Shown piece by piece: positions 1-9,643 of a stretch of 32,000 nucleotides of DNA. The notes beneath the pieces were generated by a model. The model did not search any database. It was given only the letters and a program-made list of their open reading frames with translations, and was not told the DNA's origin. How positions within the stretch are numbered: the stretch's first letter is position 1; each line of letters opens with the position of its first letter. The position numbers and the translations under genes are program-made. The stretch lies in the NCBI RefSeq assembly GCF_001548275.1, contig NZ_AP014945.1:450001-482000 (forward strand), written 5' to 3'. This DNA is from Caldimicrobium thiodismutans (lineage in GTDB: Bacteria > Desulfobacterota > Thermodesulfobacteria > Thermodesulfobacteriales > Thermodesulfobacteriaceae).

Positions 1-138
1 GAGAAAAAATTTATCCTGATTTTCAGCAATTACTTCAGGGGTTATCTTTTTCACCGCAAGTTCAGCTTTATATCCCATGAAACGGAGCCATTTAGCAAGT
101 CCCGTGAGAGAGGCCTCTAAGAAAAAGTTCTTTTCCAT
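1..138 (-). CDS. N-terminal part of a Mut7-C/DUF82 (PIN-like RNase) domain protein, truncated by the window edge
   Basis: Hand translation of the reverse strand from the ATG at 138-136 gives MEKNFFLEASLTGLAKWLRFMGYKAELAVKKITPEVIAENQDKFFL, open to position 1. The LAKWLRxxGY core resembles the start of the Mut7-C RNase domain. The ORF is too short to appear in the ORF track. Confidence 0.45.
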   Translation of the reverse strand, partial: MEKNFFLEASLTGLAKWLRFMGYKAELAVKKITPEVIAENQDKFFL

Positions 139-261
139 TTTAAAATTGAAGAGATTTATTTAATATTTTACTCCTTAATCTCAGGCTGTAAATTTTTTAA
201 AAATGTTAAGAAAAAAAATAAAAATTAGAACTTATTTTTAGTTATTTTACTAAAACGGGTC

Positions 262-290
262 TTGACAAAACTGAATTTTTTTAATAATAT
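262..290 (+). promoter_or_regulatory. Sigma70-type promoter of dsrABD
   Basis: TTGACA (262-267), a 17-nt spacer, then TAATAT (285-290). It lies about 30 nt upstream of the GGGAGG RBS (311-316) and the dsrA ATG at 322. Confidence 0.6.
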
Positions 291-321
291 GTAAGCGACA
301 AAAAAATGTAGGGAGGTTATT

Positions 322-1620
322 ATGGGAGAGGTAAAAAAACATGACACACCATTGATGGATGAGTTGAAGTCAGGTCCGTGGCCCAGTTTTGTAGATGATA
401 TTTATAGTTATGCTGAAAAGCATAAAAAGCAGGCTGGGTTTGACATTATGGGCCAGATGGAACTCTCTTACAAAAACAAAGAGACCCATTGGAAGCATGG
501 CGGAATCGTAGGTGTTTTTGGTTACGGTGGAGGGGTTATTGGTCGTTATTCAGACCAGCAAGAAAAGTTTCCTGCTATCTGGGCCTTTCACACCGTTCGT
601 GTAAATCAACCAGCGGCTAAATGGTATCACTCTTCAGCTTTAAGAAAACTTTGTGACCTCTGGGATCATCGTGGTTCAGGAATTATGAATTTGCATGGTT
701 CCACAGGAGATATTATTCTTCTTGGAACAGTAACTGAACAACTTGAATATATCTTTTATGATTTGACTCATCAGCTCAATATGGATCTTGGAGGTTCGGG
801 TTCAAATCTTAGAACTCCTGAGTGTTGTATGGGTATGTCAAGATGTGAATGGTCCTGCATCGATACTCAGGACATGATTCATGAATTCACCAATCAATTT
901 CAGGATGAGCTTCATAGACCTGCCTTTCCTTATAAGTTTAAGATAAAGATTTCCGGGTGCCCCAATGATTGTGTGGCAGCCATTGCCCGTTCAGATTTTT
1001 CTATTATTGGAACCTGGAGAGATGATATCAGGATTGATCAAGAGGCTGTGAGGGCTTATGTAGGTGGTGAGCTAAAGCCAAATGCAGGAGCCCATTCAGA
1101 TAGAGATTGGGGTCCCTTTGATATCAAGAAAGAGGTCATTGATCTTTGTCCCACTAAGTGTATGCACTGGGATGAAGGTCAGAAGAAGCTTTACATTAAC
1201 AATGCCGAATGTAATAGATGTATGCACTGTATCAATGTAATGCCTGAAGCCCTTAGGCCAGGCCTTGATACCGGAGCAACCATTCTTATGGGTGCCAAGG
1301 CCCCTATCTTAGAGGGTGCTCAACTTTCAACTGTCATTATTCCTTTTATAAAGACTGAACCACCCTATGATAATATTAAGAATCTCATTTACAAAGTCTG
1401 GGATTACTGGATGGAAAATGGTAAGAATCGTGAAAGGCTGGGTGAGACCATTCAGAGAATCGGATTGAATAGATTTATCGTAGATGTTCTTGGGCTTAAA
1501 CCTTTACCACAGCATGTTAGAGAGCCTCGTTCTAATCCATATATTTTCTGGAAGGAAGAAGAGGTGGAAGGTGGCTGGACAAGAGATGTGGCTGAATTCA
1601 GAAAACGCCATCCAGCCTAA
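322..1620 (+). CDS. dsrA: Dissimilatory sulfite reductase alpha subunit
   Basis: 432-aa ORF with a strong RBS. It has the sirohaem/FeS Cys motifs (CxxxxxC ... CPNDC) and a ferredoxin-like insert (CPTKC ... CNRCMHC). It is followed directly by dsrB and dsrD. Confidence 0.95.
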   Translation: MGEVKKHDTPLMDELKSGPWPSFVDDIYSYAEKHKKQAGFDIMGQMELSYKNKETHWKHGGIVGVFGYGGGVIGRYSDQQEKFPAIWAFHTVRVNQPAAKWYHSSALRKLCDLWDHRGSGIMNLHGSTGDIILLGTVTEQLEYIFYDLTHQLNMDLGGSGSNLRTPECCMGMSRCEWSCIDTQDMIHEFTNQFQDELHRPAFPYKFKIKISGCPNDCVAAIARSDFSIIGTWRDDIRIDQEAVRAYVGGELKPNAGAHSDRDWGPFDIKKEVIDLCPTKCMHWDEGQKKLYINNAECNRCMHCINVMPEALRPGLDTGATILMGAKAPILEGAQLSTVIIPFIKTEPPYDNIKNLIYKVWDYWMENGKNRERLGETIQRIGLNRFIVDVLGLKPLPQHVREPRSNPYIFWKEEEVEGGWTRDVAEFRKRHPA

Positions 1621-1660
1621 GCAAAAAATGAATTAAAACAAATTTTAATAGGAGGGGAAC

Positions 1661-2890
1661 ATGAGCGAAAGACCAGAAAGACCAGATCCAATTTATACTC
1701 AACCTTATGATCCAACCTTAGCTGAAAAACTTTATAATCCTCAGAAACCTATGGAAAATAGAATTACTGATATTGGTCCTCCACATTATTGGCAGTTTTT
1801 ACCGCCTGTCATTCAGAGAAATTACGGTAAATGGAAATCTCACGAAATTATTCAGCCAGGTGTTATAAAGTATAAGGCTGAGTCTGGAGAGGTAGTTTAT
1901 GCTGTCCGTTGTGGAACGCCAAGGCTTGAAACAACTGATTATGTAAGGGAGATTTGTGAAATTGCTGATAAATACTGTGATGGATATGTCCGCTGGACAA
2001 CTCGTAATAATGTAGAATTTCATGTAACTGATGAGGAAAAATTGAGAGCTCTTCTTGAAGATTTAAAGAGTAGAAAGCATCCTGGTGGATCTTACAAGTA
2101 TCCCGTTGGTGGAACCGGAGCCTCTGTTACTAACATTGTTCACACTCAGGGTTGGATTCATTGTCACACCCCTGCAATTGATGCTTCAGGTGTTGTTAAA
2201 GCAATTATGGATGAGATCTTTGATTACTTTGGATCACATAAACTACCTGCTCAGGTAAGAATGGCTCTGGCTTGCTGTTTAAATATGTGTGGTGCGGTGC
2301 ACTGCTCAGATATCGCTGTAGTTGGTATTCACAGGAAACCACCTCTTGTTGAAGATGAAAGATTGGAAAAAGTTTGTGAAATTCCTCTTGTTATTGCTTC
2401 CTGCCCCCTTGGTGCAATTAAACCTGCAACTGCTGAAGTGGGTGGTGAAAAAAAGAAGACAGTTAGAGTTAATGTTGACAGATGTATGTTCTGTGGCAAC
2501 TGCTATACCATGTGTCCAGCCATGCCCATTTCTGATGGTCAAGGTGACGGTATAGCTATTGTGGTAGGTGGAAAAGTTTCTAACAGAATTAGCCCACCCA
2601 AATTCTCAAAGGTTGTAATCCCCTATATCCCCAATGAACCACCCCGTTGGCCAACTACTGTAAAATGGATTAAAAAGATACTTGAAACCTATTCAAAACA
2701 TGCAAATAAATATGAAAGAGTTGGCGACTGGATTGAAAGAATAGGCTGGGAAAGATTCTTTGAGCTTACAGAAATTCCCTTTACCTGGCACCTTATTGAT
2801 GATTACAGGTTAGCATACGACACTTATAGAACCTCAGTTCACTTTAAGTTTACCAGCCATGTAGAAACAGTTACAGAAATTGAATACTAA
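1661..2890 (+). CDS. dsrB: Dissimilatory sulfite reductase beta subunit
   Basis: 409-aa ORF with an AGGAGGGG RBS 3 nt upstream. It carries the conserved [11 protein letters not shown] motif, the CHTP ... [13 protein letters not shown] motif and a ferredoxin domain ([12 protein letters not shown]). It has roughly 17-30 extra N-terminal residues compared with the Desulfovibrio DsrB as I recall it. Confidence 0.95.
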   Translation: MSERPERPDPIYTQPYDPTLAEKLYNPQKPMENRITDIGPPHYWQFLPPVIQRNYGKWKSHEIIQPGVIKYKAESGEVVYAVRCGTPRLETTDYVREICEIADKYCDGYVRWTTRNNVEFHVTDEEKLRALLEDLKSRKHPGGSYKYPVGGTGASVTNIVHTQGWIHCHTPAIDASGVVKAIMDEIFDYFGSHKLPAQVRMALACCLNMCGAVHCSDIAVVGIHRKPPLVEDERLEKVCEIPLVIASCPLGAIKPATAEVGGEKKKTVRVNVDRCMFCGNCYTMCPAMPISDGQGDGIAIVVGGKVSNRISPPKFSKVVIPYIPNEPPRWPTTVKWIKKILETYSKHANKYERVGDWIERIGWERFFELTEIPFTWHLIDDYRLAYDTYRTSVHFKFTSHVETVTEIEY

Positions 2891-2908
2891 TAAAAAGGGG
2901 TGAGAGTT

Positions 2909-3163
2909 ATGGACAAAGAAGAATTGAAACAAAAGATTATGGAGGTCATGACCAAAAAAGCTTCTGGAGGTGGAAAAAGTAAAATCTATCTTAAAGATTT
3001 ACAAAGGGAAATACCAGGAGCTAATCCCAGAGATATCAAAAATGCTGCTAATGAACTTGTCAGGGAAGGTAAACTTGAGTATTTTTCCACTGGAAGCACT
3101 GTTATGTATGGTGTTCCAGGTGTGGGAATGGGATTAGAGGCAGGAACAGAAAAACCAGAGTAA
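2909..3163 (+). CDS. dsrD: DsrD, small winged-helix protein of reductive-type dsr operons
   Basis: Small ORF immediately after dsrB, with a Lys-rich YLKD motif. The ATG at 2909 is preferred because the tracked GTG at 2900 lies inside the GGGGTGA RBS. Confidence 0.85.
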   Translation: MDKEELKQKIMEVMTKKASGGGKSKIYLKDLQREIPGANPRDIKNAANELVREGKLEYFSTGSTVMYGVPGVGMGLEAGTEKPE

Positions 3164-3170
3164 AATCTTT

Positions 3171-3200
3171 GAGGGGGGATACTCTCCCCCTTCTTATTTT
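3171..3200. terminator. Rho-independent terminator between convergent dsrD and tatA
   Basis: GAGGGGGGA (3171-3179) pairs with TCCCCCTTC (3185-3193), including one G-U pair, around a 5-nt loop. TTATTTT follows on the plus strand. Confidence 0.7.
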
Positions 3201-3300
3201 ATAAAGAATTTTCTAAAAATTTTAAAGTCTTAAAATTATTTGAATCAGAATTGGATTGTATTGACCTCTTCTTTAAATAGACTTAATCATATATAAGAAT

Positions 3301-3531
3301 TTATACTTTTTTAGCTTCGGTAGGGGCTGATTCAGATGTGGAGTCAGTTTTTTTGGGTTCCTCCAATTTTTGAACCTCTTCACTAACATCAGCTTCCTTT
3401 AAAGACTGTTTAAAGGATTTAATCCCTTTTCCAAGGCCAGCACCAACTTCTGGTAATCTTTTAGCTCCAAAGATTAGTAAAGCAAGAAAGAGGATAATAA
3501 AAAGCTCCTGTCCACCAAGGCCTAAAGGCAT
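3301..3531 (-). CDS. tatA: Twin-arginine translocase subunit TatA/E
   Basis: 76-aa protein. The N-terminus [36 protein letters not shown] is the canonical TatA TM plus amphipathic helix. Confidence 0.9.
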   Translation of the reverse strand: MPLGLGGQELFIILFLALLIFGAKRLPEVGAGLGKGIKSFKQSLKEADVSEEVQKLEEPKKTDSTSESAPTEAKKV

Positions 3532-3532
3532 G

Positions 3533-4267
3533 CTAAGCCCTCCTAAATTTAGTTATTTTTATTAAAATTATACCTATCTCATAAAGAATTGTCAAGGGTA
3601 AGGCTAGTAAGATTTGATAAATGGGATCCGCTCCAGCGGTGAGGATACTGGCAAGAACAAAGGATAGAATAATCGCGTAGGGACGAAAGTTTTTTAATTG
3701 ATCAAGGCTTGCAATCCCAAGTTTATGGATGAAAAATATTATAGAGGGAGTTTGGAAGAAGAGTCCAAAAATAAGAAGTAATTTAAGTAAAAAATTAATG
3801 TATTCCTTAAGGTAGGGTTTAAAAATAAGAAATTGTGATCCAAAGGAATAAAAAAATTTTAGAATAAAGGGTAAGAAAAAATAAAAGGCGATTAAATCGC
3901 CAATGAGAAAGGAAAAGGAGCTCATAAAAAGGGCTCCTTTAAGCCATTTTTTCTCATGGGGATATAGTCCAGGGGCTATAAAAATCCAGAGTTGATAAAT
4001 GATATATGGACTTCCAATGATTAATCCAAGAATTACCGCAATTTTTACCTGGTTAGAAAATACCTCAGGTAATGTTTTAAAAAAGAGTTTCTTATCTGCT
4101 AAATAGGGGCGAAGAGGATTGATAAGAAACTCCAGAATATTATCTGAATAAAGATAAACCAAAATTGAGGCTATTATCCAACCAAGAAAGGCTTTAATAA
4201 GACAGGACCTAAGTTCAAGGAGGTGTTCAACAAAAGACTGTTTCTTTTCTAAAGCTGCTTCAGACAT
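3533..4267 (-). CDS. tatC: Twin-arginine translocase subunit TatC
   Basis: 244-aa polytopic membrane protein with a TatC-like N-terminus ([14 protein letters not shown]). It lies 1 nt upstream of tatA. Confidence 0.9.
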   Translation of the reverse strand: MSEAALEKKQSFVEHLLELRSCLIKAFLGWIIASILVYLYSDNILEFLINPLRPYLADKKLFFKTLPEVFSNQVKIAVILGLIIGSPYIIYQLWIFIAPGLYPHEKKWLKGALFMSSFSFLIGDLIAFYFFLPFILKFFYSFGSQFLIFKPYLKEYINFLLKLLLIFGLFFQTPSIIFFIHKLGIASLDQLKNFRPYAIILSFVLASILTAGADPIYQILLALPLTILYEIGIILIKITKFRRA

Positions 4268-6206
4268 TTATTAGATCTTGAAAGGCTTGCGCTATTGATT
4301 CAGGATCAAGGCCAGCCCTCCTAAAAAGGTCAGCAGGACTTCCAGATGAAGCAGGCTCTTTATGACCAAGAAGCTTCAAATTCACCTGAATACCCTTTAT
4401 TCCAAAAAAGGATGCAATCCTTGCCCCAAGCCCTGTTTCCACATAGTGGTCTTCCACAATTAAAAGATTTTTTAGATGGGCAACCTCAAGGAGATCCCTT
4501 TCTGGGAAAGGTTTAATAGAGGCTATGTTTAAAAGTGAGACCTCTAAACCACTTTCTTTTAGAAGTTCCCAGGCTTTAAAGGCATAGGGCATAAGATTGC
4601 CGTATGAAAGTATAGCACCTCTGTTGCCCTTTCTAATCCAATCTGCATACCCGGGTCTGAATTGATAATTTTCATCAAAATAGGGAGTGCCGTCCTCCTT
4701 GAGCAAGATGGGGACCTTTGATCTTCCCATTCCTACAAAGATATTCCCGGGTCTAAGGGAAATATACCGGAGGATATGATCGGTTTGATTGGGATCAGCT
4801 GGAAAATAAATTTCAAAGTCCTGAAGGCTGAATAAAAGCCCGAGATAATCAATGCACTGATGAGTGGGGCCATCTTCTCCTACATCAGCTCCTAAATGGG
4901 TGCAAACCACCTTAAGGGCAGTTTTATTTAAGGTATTGAGTCTTAATTGATTATAGACCTCATCAATGCCAAAGACCCCGAAGGTTGAAAAAAATACCAG
5001 AAACCCTTCCTTGGATAAGGCCCCGGCAACTGAGGCGGTGTGGTGTTCCTGGATACCTGATTCAAAAAAGGCAGAAGGTGAATGCTTTTTGAAGTCGGTC
5101 ATTTTCACAGAACCTTCAAGATCACAAGTGAGTCCAAGAATTTTAGGGCTTTCTCCGGACAGATTATTTTTTACCGCAAGATTTAATAGGGCTTTACCAT
5201 AAGCTGATCTACAATCTGTTTTTTTCTCGGCAGAATAAATTACTGGAGAAGCTGGTTCAATCTTAACAGGAAGAGGATCATGGGGCTGATGAGGAAAGGA
5301 AACTATATAGTTTTTGCGTTTTTCTTTTAAGCTATCCAGTTCCTCAGGAGCAAAACCAAGTTCCTGAAGAGCCTTTTTAGCAAGATCTTCTGATAGGGCT
5401 GATCCATGCCACTTGGGATCATTTTCCATAAAAGAAATACCCCTTCCCATAACAGTATGGGCTAAAATAGCAGTAGGTTTAGTGGGATCGGTAACTTCAC
5501 CTTTAAGGGCCTTGCTTAGGGCTTGATAGATTTCCTGAAAATTATTTCCATCAACCTCAAATAAATTCCAGGAGGTAGCTATGATCTCTTCTTTTATCTT
5601 CTGTGGCATTACCTCAGTAATATTACCACCAATCTGAAGCTTGTTAAAATCAATAAGGGCAATGAGATTGTTTAGACCAAATTTTACTGCCCAGCGTCTG
5701 GCCTCAATTACCTGCCCTTTTTGTTGTTCTCCATCTCCCATAAGACAGAAAACCTTATTGGGAAGGCCTTTTAGTTTTAAGGCCATAGCCATACCACAGG
5801 CAGCTGATAAACCCTGACCAAGATTGCCTGTATTCCACTCAACTCCCGGGACTGCCTGTTCAATATGACCAGCAAAAGCAGATCCCGCTCTTCTAAATTC
5901 CATTAAAAAAGGTTCTTCTGGAAAGAACCCGTATTCACAGAGAACACTGTAAACCCCTGGACTGATATGTCCATGGCTAACCACTACCCTATCTCTATCC
6001 AAGGCTCTTGGATTTTTTGGATCAACCTTGGCTAAGGCATAGACCATTAAAAGAAGGCTAAGAGAGGAAAGAGATCCTCCTGGATGTCCACTTCCAGCCA
6101 GAGTTGTAGCAAGTATTATTCTTCTTGCGCACCTTTTAAAGGCAGCATTAAAAAAAGAGATCTCTTCAGGCGTAAGAGCATCTTTACTCGGAGATAGTTT
6201 AAGCAT
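4260..6206 (-). CDS. tkt: Transketolase (fused N- and C-terminal halves)
   Basis: 648-aa protein with the TPP-binding motifs SGHPGGSLS and GDGEQQKGQ, followed by pyrimidine-binding and C-terminal domains. It overlaps the tatC start by 8 nt. Confidence 0.85.
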   Translation of the reverse strand: MLKLSPSKDALTPEEISFFNAAFKRCARRIILATTLAGSGHPGGSLSSLSLLLMVYALAKVDPKNPRALDRDRVVVSHGHISPGVYSVLCEYGFFPEEPFLMEFRRAGSAFAGHIEQAVPGVEWNTGNLGQGLSAACGMAMALKLKGLPNKVFCLMGDGEQQKGQVIEARRWAVKFGLNNLIALIDFNKLQIGGNITEVMPQKIKEEIIATSWNLFEVDGNNFQEIYQALSKALKGEVTDPTKPTAILAHTVMGRGISFMENDPKWHGSALSEDLAKKALQELGFAPEELDSLKEKRKNYIVSFPHQPHDPLPVKIEPASPVIYSAEKKTDCRSAYGKALLNLAVKNNLSGESPKILGLTCDLEGSVKMTDFKKHSPSAFFESGIQEHHTASVAGALSKEGFLVFFSTFGVFGIDEVYNQLRLNTLNKTALKVVCTHLGADVGEDGPTHQCIDYLGLLFSLQDFEIYFPADPNQTDHILRYISLRPGNIFVGMGRSKVPILLKEDGTPYFDENYQFRPGYADWIRKGNRGAILSYGNLMPYAFKAWELLKESGLEVSLLNIASIKPFPERDLLEVAHLKNLLIVEDHYVETGLGARIASFFGIKGIQVNLKLLGHKEPASSGSPADLFRRAGLDPESIAQAFQDLINV

Positions 6207-6260
6207 CCTTGACTCCTCATGTTTTTTGGTTGAAAGATTTTAATCCGTGGAGGAAGAATT

Positions 6261-6758
6261 TCAAGGAGTCTTTTTTTCTCTTTTCATGGCAATTAAGCCA
6301 GTTCTTACAATCTCTTTAATTCCAATAGGTCTAAGAAGATCAATTACAGCATTAAGTTTATTTTTATCTCCCGTGACCTCAATCACATAGGTTCTGGGGC
6401 TCACATCCACTATTTTTAATCTGAAGATTTCGCAGATTCTATAAATCTCATCGCGATATTCCTTTTCTGCTCTGACTTTAATCAGGGCCATTTCTCTTTC
6501 TACAAAATCACCCTCTTCAGTGACATCAACTACTTTATATACATCAATAAGTCTTCTGAGCTGTTTGATTATCTGTTCTATAATAAAATCATCTCCATGG
6601 GTAACTAAGGTAAGATGCGATAGGGTTGGATCAAGGGTTTCAGCAACGCATAGACTGTCAATGTTAAAGCCTCTTCCGCTGAAGAGCCCAGCAATGCGAG
6701 CTAAAGCACCTGGGGTATTTTCAACCAAAACTGAGAGAGTGCACTTTCTTTCAGCCAT
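6261..6758 (-). CDS. ilvN: Acetolactate synthase small (regulatory) subunit
   Basis: 165-aa ACT-domain protein (LSVLVENTPGALARIAGLFSGRGFNIDSL) located directly downstream of ilvB. Confidence 0.9.
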   Translation of the reverse strand: MAERKCTLSVLVENTPGALARIAGLFSGRGFNIDSLCVAETLDPTLSHLTLVTHGDDFIIEQIIKQLRRLIDVYKVVDVTEEGDFVEREMALIKVRAEKEYRDEIYRICEIFRLKIVDVSPRTYVIEVTGDKNKLNAVIDLLRPIGIKEIVRTGLIAMKREKKTP

Positions 6759-6769
6759 TTCTTCCTCCC

Positions 6770-8473
6770 TTAGACTAAAATCATTTCTGTAGTGGCTTTA
6801 CCAGCTGGAACCATTGGGAAGACGCCTTCTTCAGGGGATATAATCACATCTAAGATAACCAGTTTATCCATAGAAATAATTTTTTTAAGGGTTGGCTCAA
6901 CCTCCTGGGGTTTAGTAATCCTGAGACCAACTGCTCCATAGGCTTCTGCAATTTTGACAAAGTCAGGAATGGTAGCAAATTTAACAGCTGAGTATCTTCT
7001 TTCATAGAAGAGCTCTTGCCACTGCCTAACCATACCGAGAAAACCGTTATTGAGAATAATAATTTTTATAGGTAGCCTTTGATCCATGGCTGTAGCAAGC
7101 TCCTGAATATTCATCTGAATAGATCCATCTCCAGCAATATCTATAACTAATTTACCTGGATTCCCCATCTGGGCACCTATTGAAGCGGGAAATCCAAATC
7201 CCATTGTTCCAAGGCCTCCTGAGGAGATAAGTGTCCTTGGATACTTAAATTTGTAATATTGAGCAGTCCACATTTGGTTTTGTCCAACCTCTGTGCAAAT
7301 TATGGCCTCGCCCTTAGTTAACTCATAAAGTTTTTCCAATACAAATTGGGGCTTAATATAGTTAGGATCTTCCTTGTAGGTTAGGGGGTATCTTTTTCTC
7401 CAGATATCAATCTGTTCCCACCACTCTTTATAACGCTCCTTCCAGTATTTCTTGGGTTTCCCAACCTCTTTAATTACCTCAAGTAATCTCTCTAAGGATC
7501 TTTTGCAGTCCCCTACAATGGGTACATCAACTTTAACATTTTTCTGAATAGAGGTAGGATCAATATCTATATGTATAATTTTGGCATTGGGGGCAAAGGC
7601 ATCCACTTTTCCAGTTACTCTATCGTCAAAACGAGCACCAACTGCTAAAAGAACATCACAATTAGCTACAGCCATATTGGCAAAATATGTGCCATGCATG
7701 CCAAGCATACCGAGAGATTGGTCATGTTCTCCCGGGAATCCCCCTAATCCCATAAGGGTCATAGTTACAGGAAGATTAAGCCTTTCAGCAATAGCTCTGA
7801 CTTCTTCTGAGGCTCCAGAGGAAATGACTCCACCACCAATTAAAAAAACAGGCCTTTCTGCCTTTTCTAAAAGTTGATAGGCCTTTTCAATCTGTTTAAA
7901 ATGGGGTTCATAAGTGGGATTATAACTTCTTAGATGAATTTCATCTGGATAATTAAAATCTCCCTTGGCTTGCTGGATATCCTTTGGAATATCCACAAGA
8001 ACAGGCCCTGGCCTACCTGTTCTTGCAATGTAAAATGCTTCTTTTATAATGCGCGGAAGATCTTCAACCCTTTTTACTAAAAAGTTATGCTTAGTAATAG
8101 GTCTTGTTATACCAGTGATATCAACTTCCTGAAAGGCGTCATTACCAATAAGTTTTGTGGGCACCTGACCTGTTAGTACCACTATAGGGATAGAGTCCAT
8201 ATAGGCAGTGGCAATCCCTGTAACAGTATTTGTAGCCCCTGGGCCAGAGGTTGCGAGGGCTACTCCAACCCTGCCTGTTGACCTTGCAAAGCCATCAGCT
8301 GCATGAGCTGCACCTTGCTCATGTCTAACAAGCACATGATGCACCTCAGGACTTTTGTAAAGGGCATCATAGATATCAATAATAGCTCCTCCTGGATAAC
8401 CAAAGATAACCTCAACACCCTCCCGTTTGAGGGCCTCAACTACCATTTGAGCCCCTGTCATCGTTTCACCCAA
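6770..8473 (-). CDS. ilvB: Acetolactate synthase large subunit (biosynthetic type)
   Basis: 567-aa TPP enzyme with the motifs GYPGGA, GPGATN and [12 protein letters not shown]. The TTG start at 8473 has GGAGGG 8 nt upstream. An alternative ATG lies at 8461. Confidence 0.9.
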   Translation of the reverse strand: MGETMTGAQMVVEALKREGVEVIFGYPGGAIIDIYDALYKSPEVHHVLVRHEQGAAHAADGFARSTGRVGVALATSGPGATNTVTGIATAYMDSIPIVVLTGQVPTKLIGNDAFQEVDITGITRPITKHNFLVKRVEDLPRIIKEAFYIARTGRPGPVLVDIPKDIQQAKGDFNYPDEIHLRSYNPTYEPHFKQIEKAYQLLEKAERPVFLIGGGVISSGASEEVRAIAERLNLPVTMTLMGLGGFPGEHDQSLGMLGMHGTYFANMAVANCDVLLAVGARFDDRVTGKVDAFAPNAKIIHIDIDPTSIQKNVKVDVPIVGDCKRSLERLLEVIKEVGKPKKYWKERYKEWWEQIDIWRKRYPLTYKEDPNYIKPQFVLEKLYELTKGEAIICTEVGQNQMWTAQYYKFKYPRTLISSGGLGTMGFGFPASIGAQMGNPGKLVIDIAGDGSIQMNIQELATAMDQRLPIKIIILNNGFLGMVRQWQELFYERRYSAVKFATIPDFVKIAEAYGAVGLRITKPQEVEPTLKKIISMDKLVILDVIISPEEGVFPMVPAGKATTEMILV

Positions 8474-8474
8474 T

Positions 8475-8696
8475 TCAGCTTCCCTCCTTTTGATATTTTT
8501 TTATCAGTTCAAAGATCCTTTCCTTTAAATGGAGTTTTTCAAGTTTAATCTGTTTTTCCCTTATTTCTTCTTCTGTTGTTAGATAGGGCTTTTTCGTTAA
8601 TTCTTCAAGTTCTCTCTCAAGTTTCTGGTGCTTCTCAAAGAGTTCCCTAACATCTTGATACTTTTCAGCATAGCTTTTTACTATTTCTTTATCCAT
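8475..8696 (-). CDS. DUF465 (YdcH-like) small coiled-coil protein
   Basis: 73-aa charged helical protein. The pattern [29 protein letters not shown] resembles DUF465. Its stop codon lies 1 nt before the ilvB start. Confidence 0.6.
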   Translation of the reverse strand: MDKEIVKSYAEKYQDVRELFEKHQKLERELEELTKKPYLTTEEEIREKQIKLEKLHLKERIFELIKKYQKEGS

Positions 8697-8758
8697 AAGA
8701 TACCTCCTTTATATTATTTTTTTGAGACTTTGCGAGAATTTGTGAAAAATTTCTTGAA

Positions 8759-9517
8759 TTATGCGTTAGAAGCATCTCCTTTATGTATAAGGGCCTTTAA
8801 GAGTTCTATAGGTAAAGGGAAGAGAATGGTAGAATTTTTCTCTGTAGCAATTTCAGTAAGGGTTTGAAGATATCTAAGCTGGAGTGTAATAGGGCTTTCC
8901 GCCATAATTTTAGCAGCCTCAAGAAGGGTTTTTGAGGCCTGATATTCTCCATCGGCGCTGATGATTTTGGCTCTTCTTTCTCTTTCAGCTTCAGCTTGTT
9001 TGGCCATAGCTCTTTTCATCTCCTCAGGTAGATCAATCTCTTTAATCTCAACTTTGGAGACTTTAACCCCCCAGGGCTCTGTGTCTGCATCAAGAATTTC
9101 CTGAAGTCTAAGATTAAGTTTTTCTCTTTCTGAGAGAATTTCGTCAAGCTCTGCCTGACCACAAACACTTCTTAAAGTAGTTTGGGAGAGCTGACTTGTA
9201 GCATAATAGTAATCCTCTACCTGTAAAAAGGCCTTGTCTGGATCCATAACTCTGAAATAAACTACAGCACTGACTCTAATAGAGACATTGTCCCGGGTAA
9301 TTACCTCCTGTGGGGGGACATCTAAGGTTATTGTTCTCAGATCAATTTTGCGCATTTTGTCAATAATGGGGATAAGAATAATAAGACCAGGTCCTTTGAC
9401 CTTGTGAAATTTTCCCAATCTTAAAACTACAGCCCTTTCATACTCATTGATAATTTTAATAGAAGCCTGTAAAAAAAGTAAAACAACTATTACAATAAAT
9501 AGCAAGGAAAAACCCAT
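8759..9517 (-). CDS. SPFH/band-7 (stomatin-like) membrane protein
   Basis: 252-aa protein with an N-terminal TM segment, then [12 protein letters not shown] and the SPFH core, then an [11 protein letters not shown] coiled coil. Confidence 0.9.
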   Translation of the reverse strand: MGFSLLFIVIVVLLFLQASIKIINEYERAVVLRLGKFHKVKGPGLIILIPIIDKMRKIDLRTITLDVPPQEVITRDNVSIRVSAVVYFRVMDPDKAFLQVEDYYYATSQLSQTTLRSVCGQAELDEILSEREKLNLRLQEILDADTEPWGVKVSKVEIKEIDLPEEMKRAMAKQAEAERERRAKIISADGEYQASKTLLEAAKIMAESPITLQLRYLQTLTEIATEKNSTILFPLPIELLKALIHKGDASNA

Positions 9518-9545
9518 ATTTATTCACCTCCATCTTTTTCTTATG

Positions 9546-9574
9546 AGTTTAATTAAGATCAACTTAAAAGTCAA
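9546..9574 (-). promoter_or_regulatory. Putative sigma70 promoter of the SPFH gene
   Basis: On the minus strand: TTGACT (9574-9569), a 17-nt spacer, then TAAACT (9551-9546). Confidence 0.35.
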
Positions 9575-9600
9575 GAAAGATTTTTTGAATTTAAAGTAGA

Positions 9601-9628
9601 AATAGGGCAGGGTGTTTCCTGCCCTATT
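9601..9628 (-). terminator. Hairpin terminator downstream of hcp
   Basis: Perfect 11-bp stem, AATAGGGCAGG (9601-9611) with CCTGCCCTATT (9618-9628), and a 6-nt loop. On the minus strand it begins 16 nt after the hcp stop and is followed by a T-rich stretch. Confidence 0.65.
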
Positions 9629-9643
9629 TTGGGAAGAGTAATA

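Noticed and set aside
9549-9562. TTAATTAAGATCAA, a one-mismatch FNR-like box upstream of the SPFH gene
   Set aside because: The mismatch removes the G of TTGAT that CRP/FNR proteins contact. The site lies in the spacer of a good sigma70 promoter, only 38 nt from the start codon, so class II geometry is impossible.
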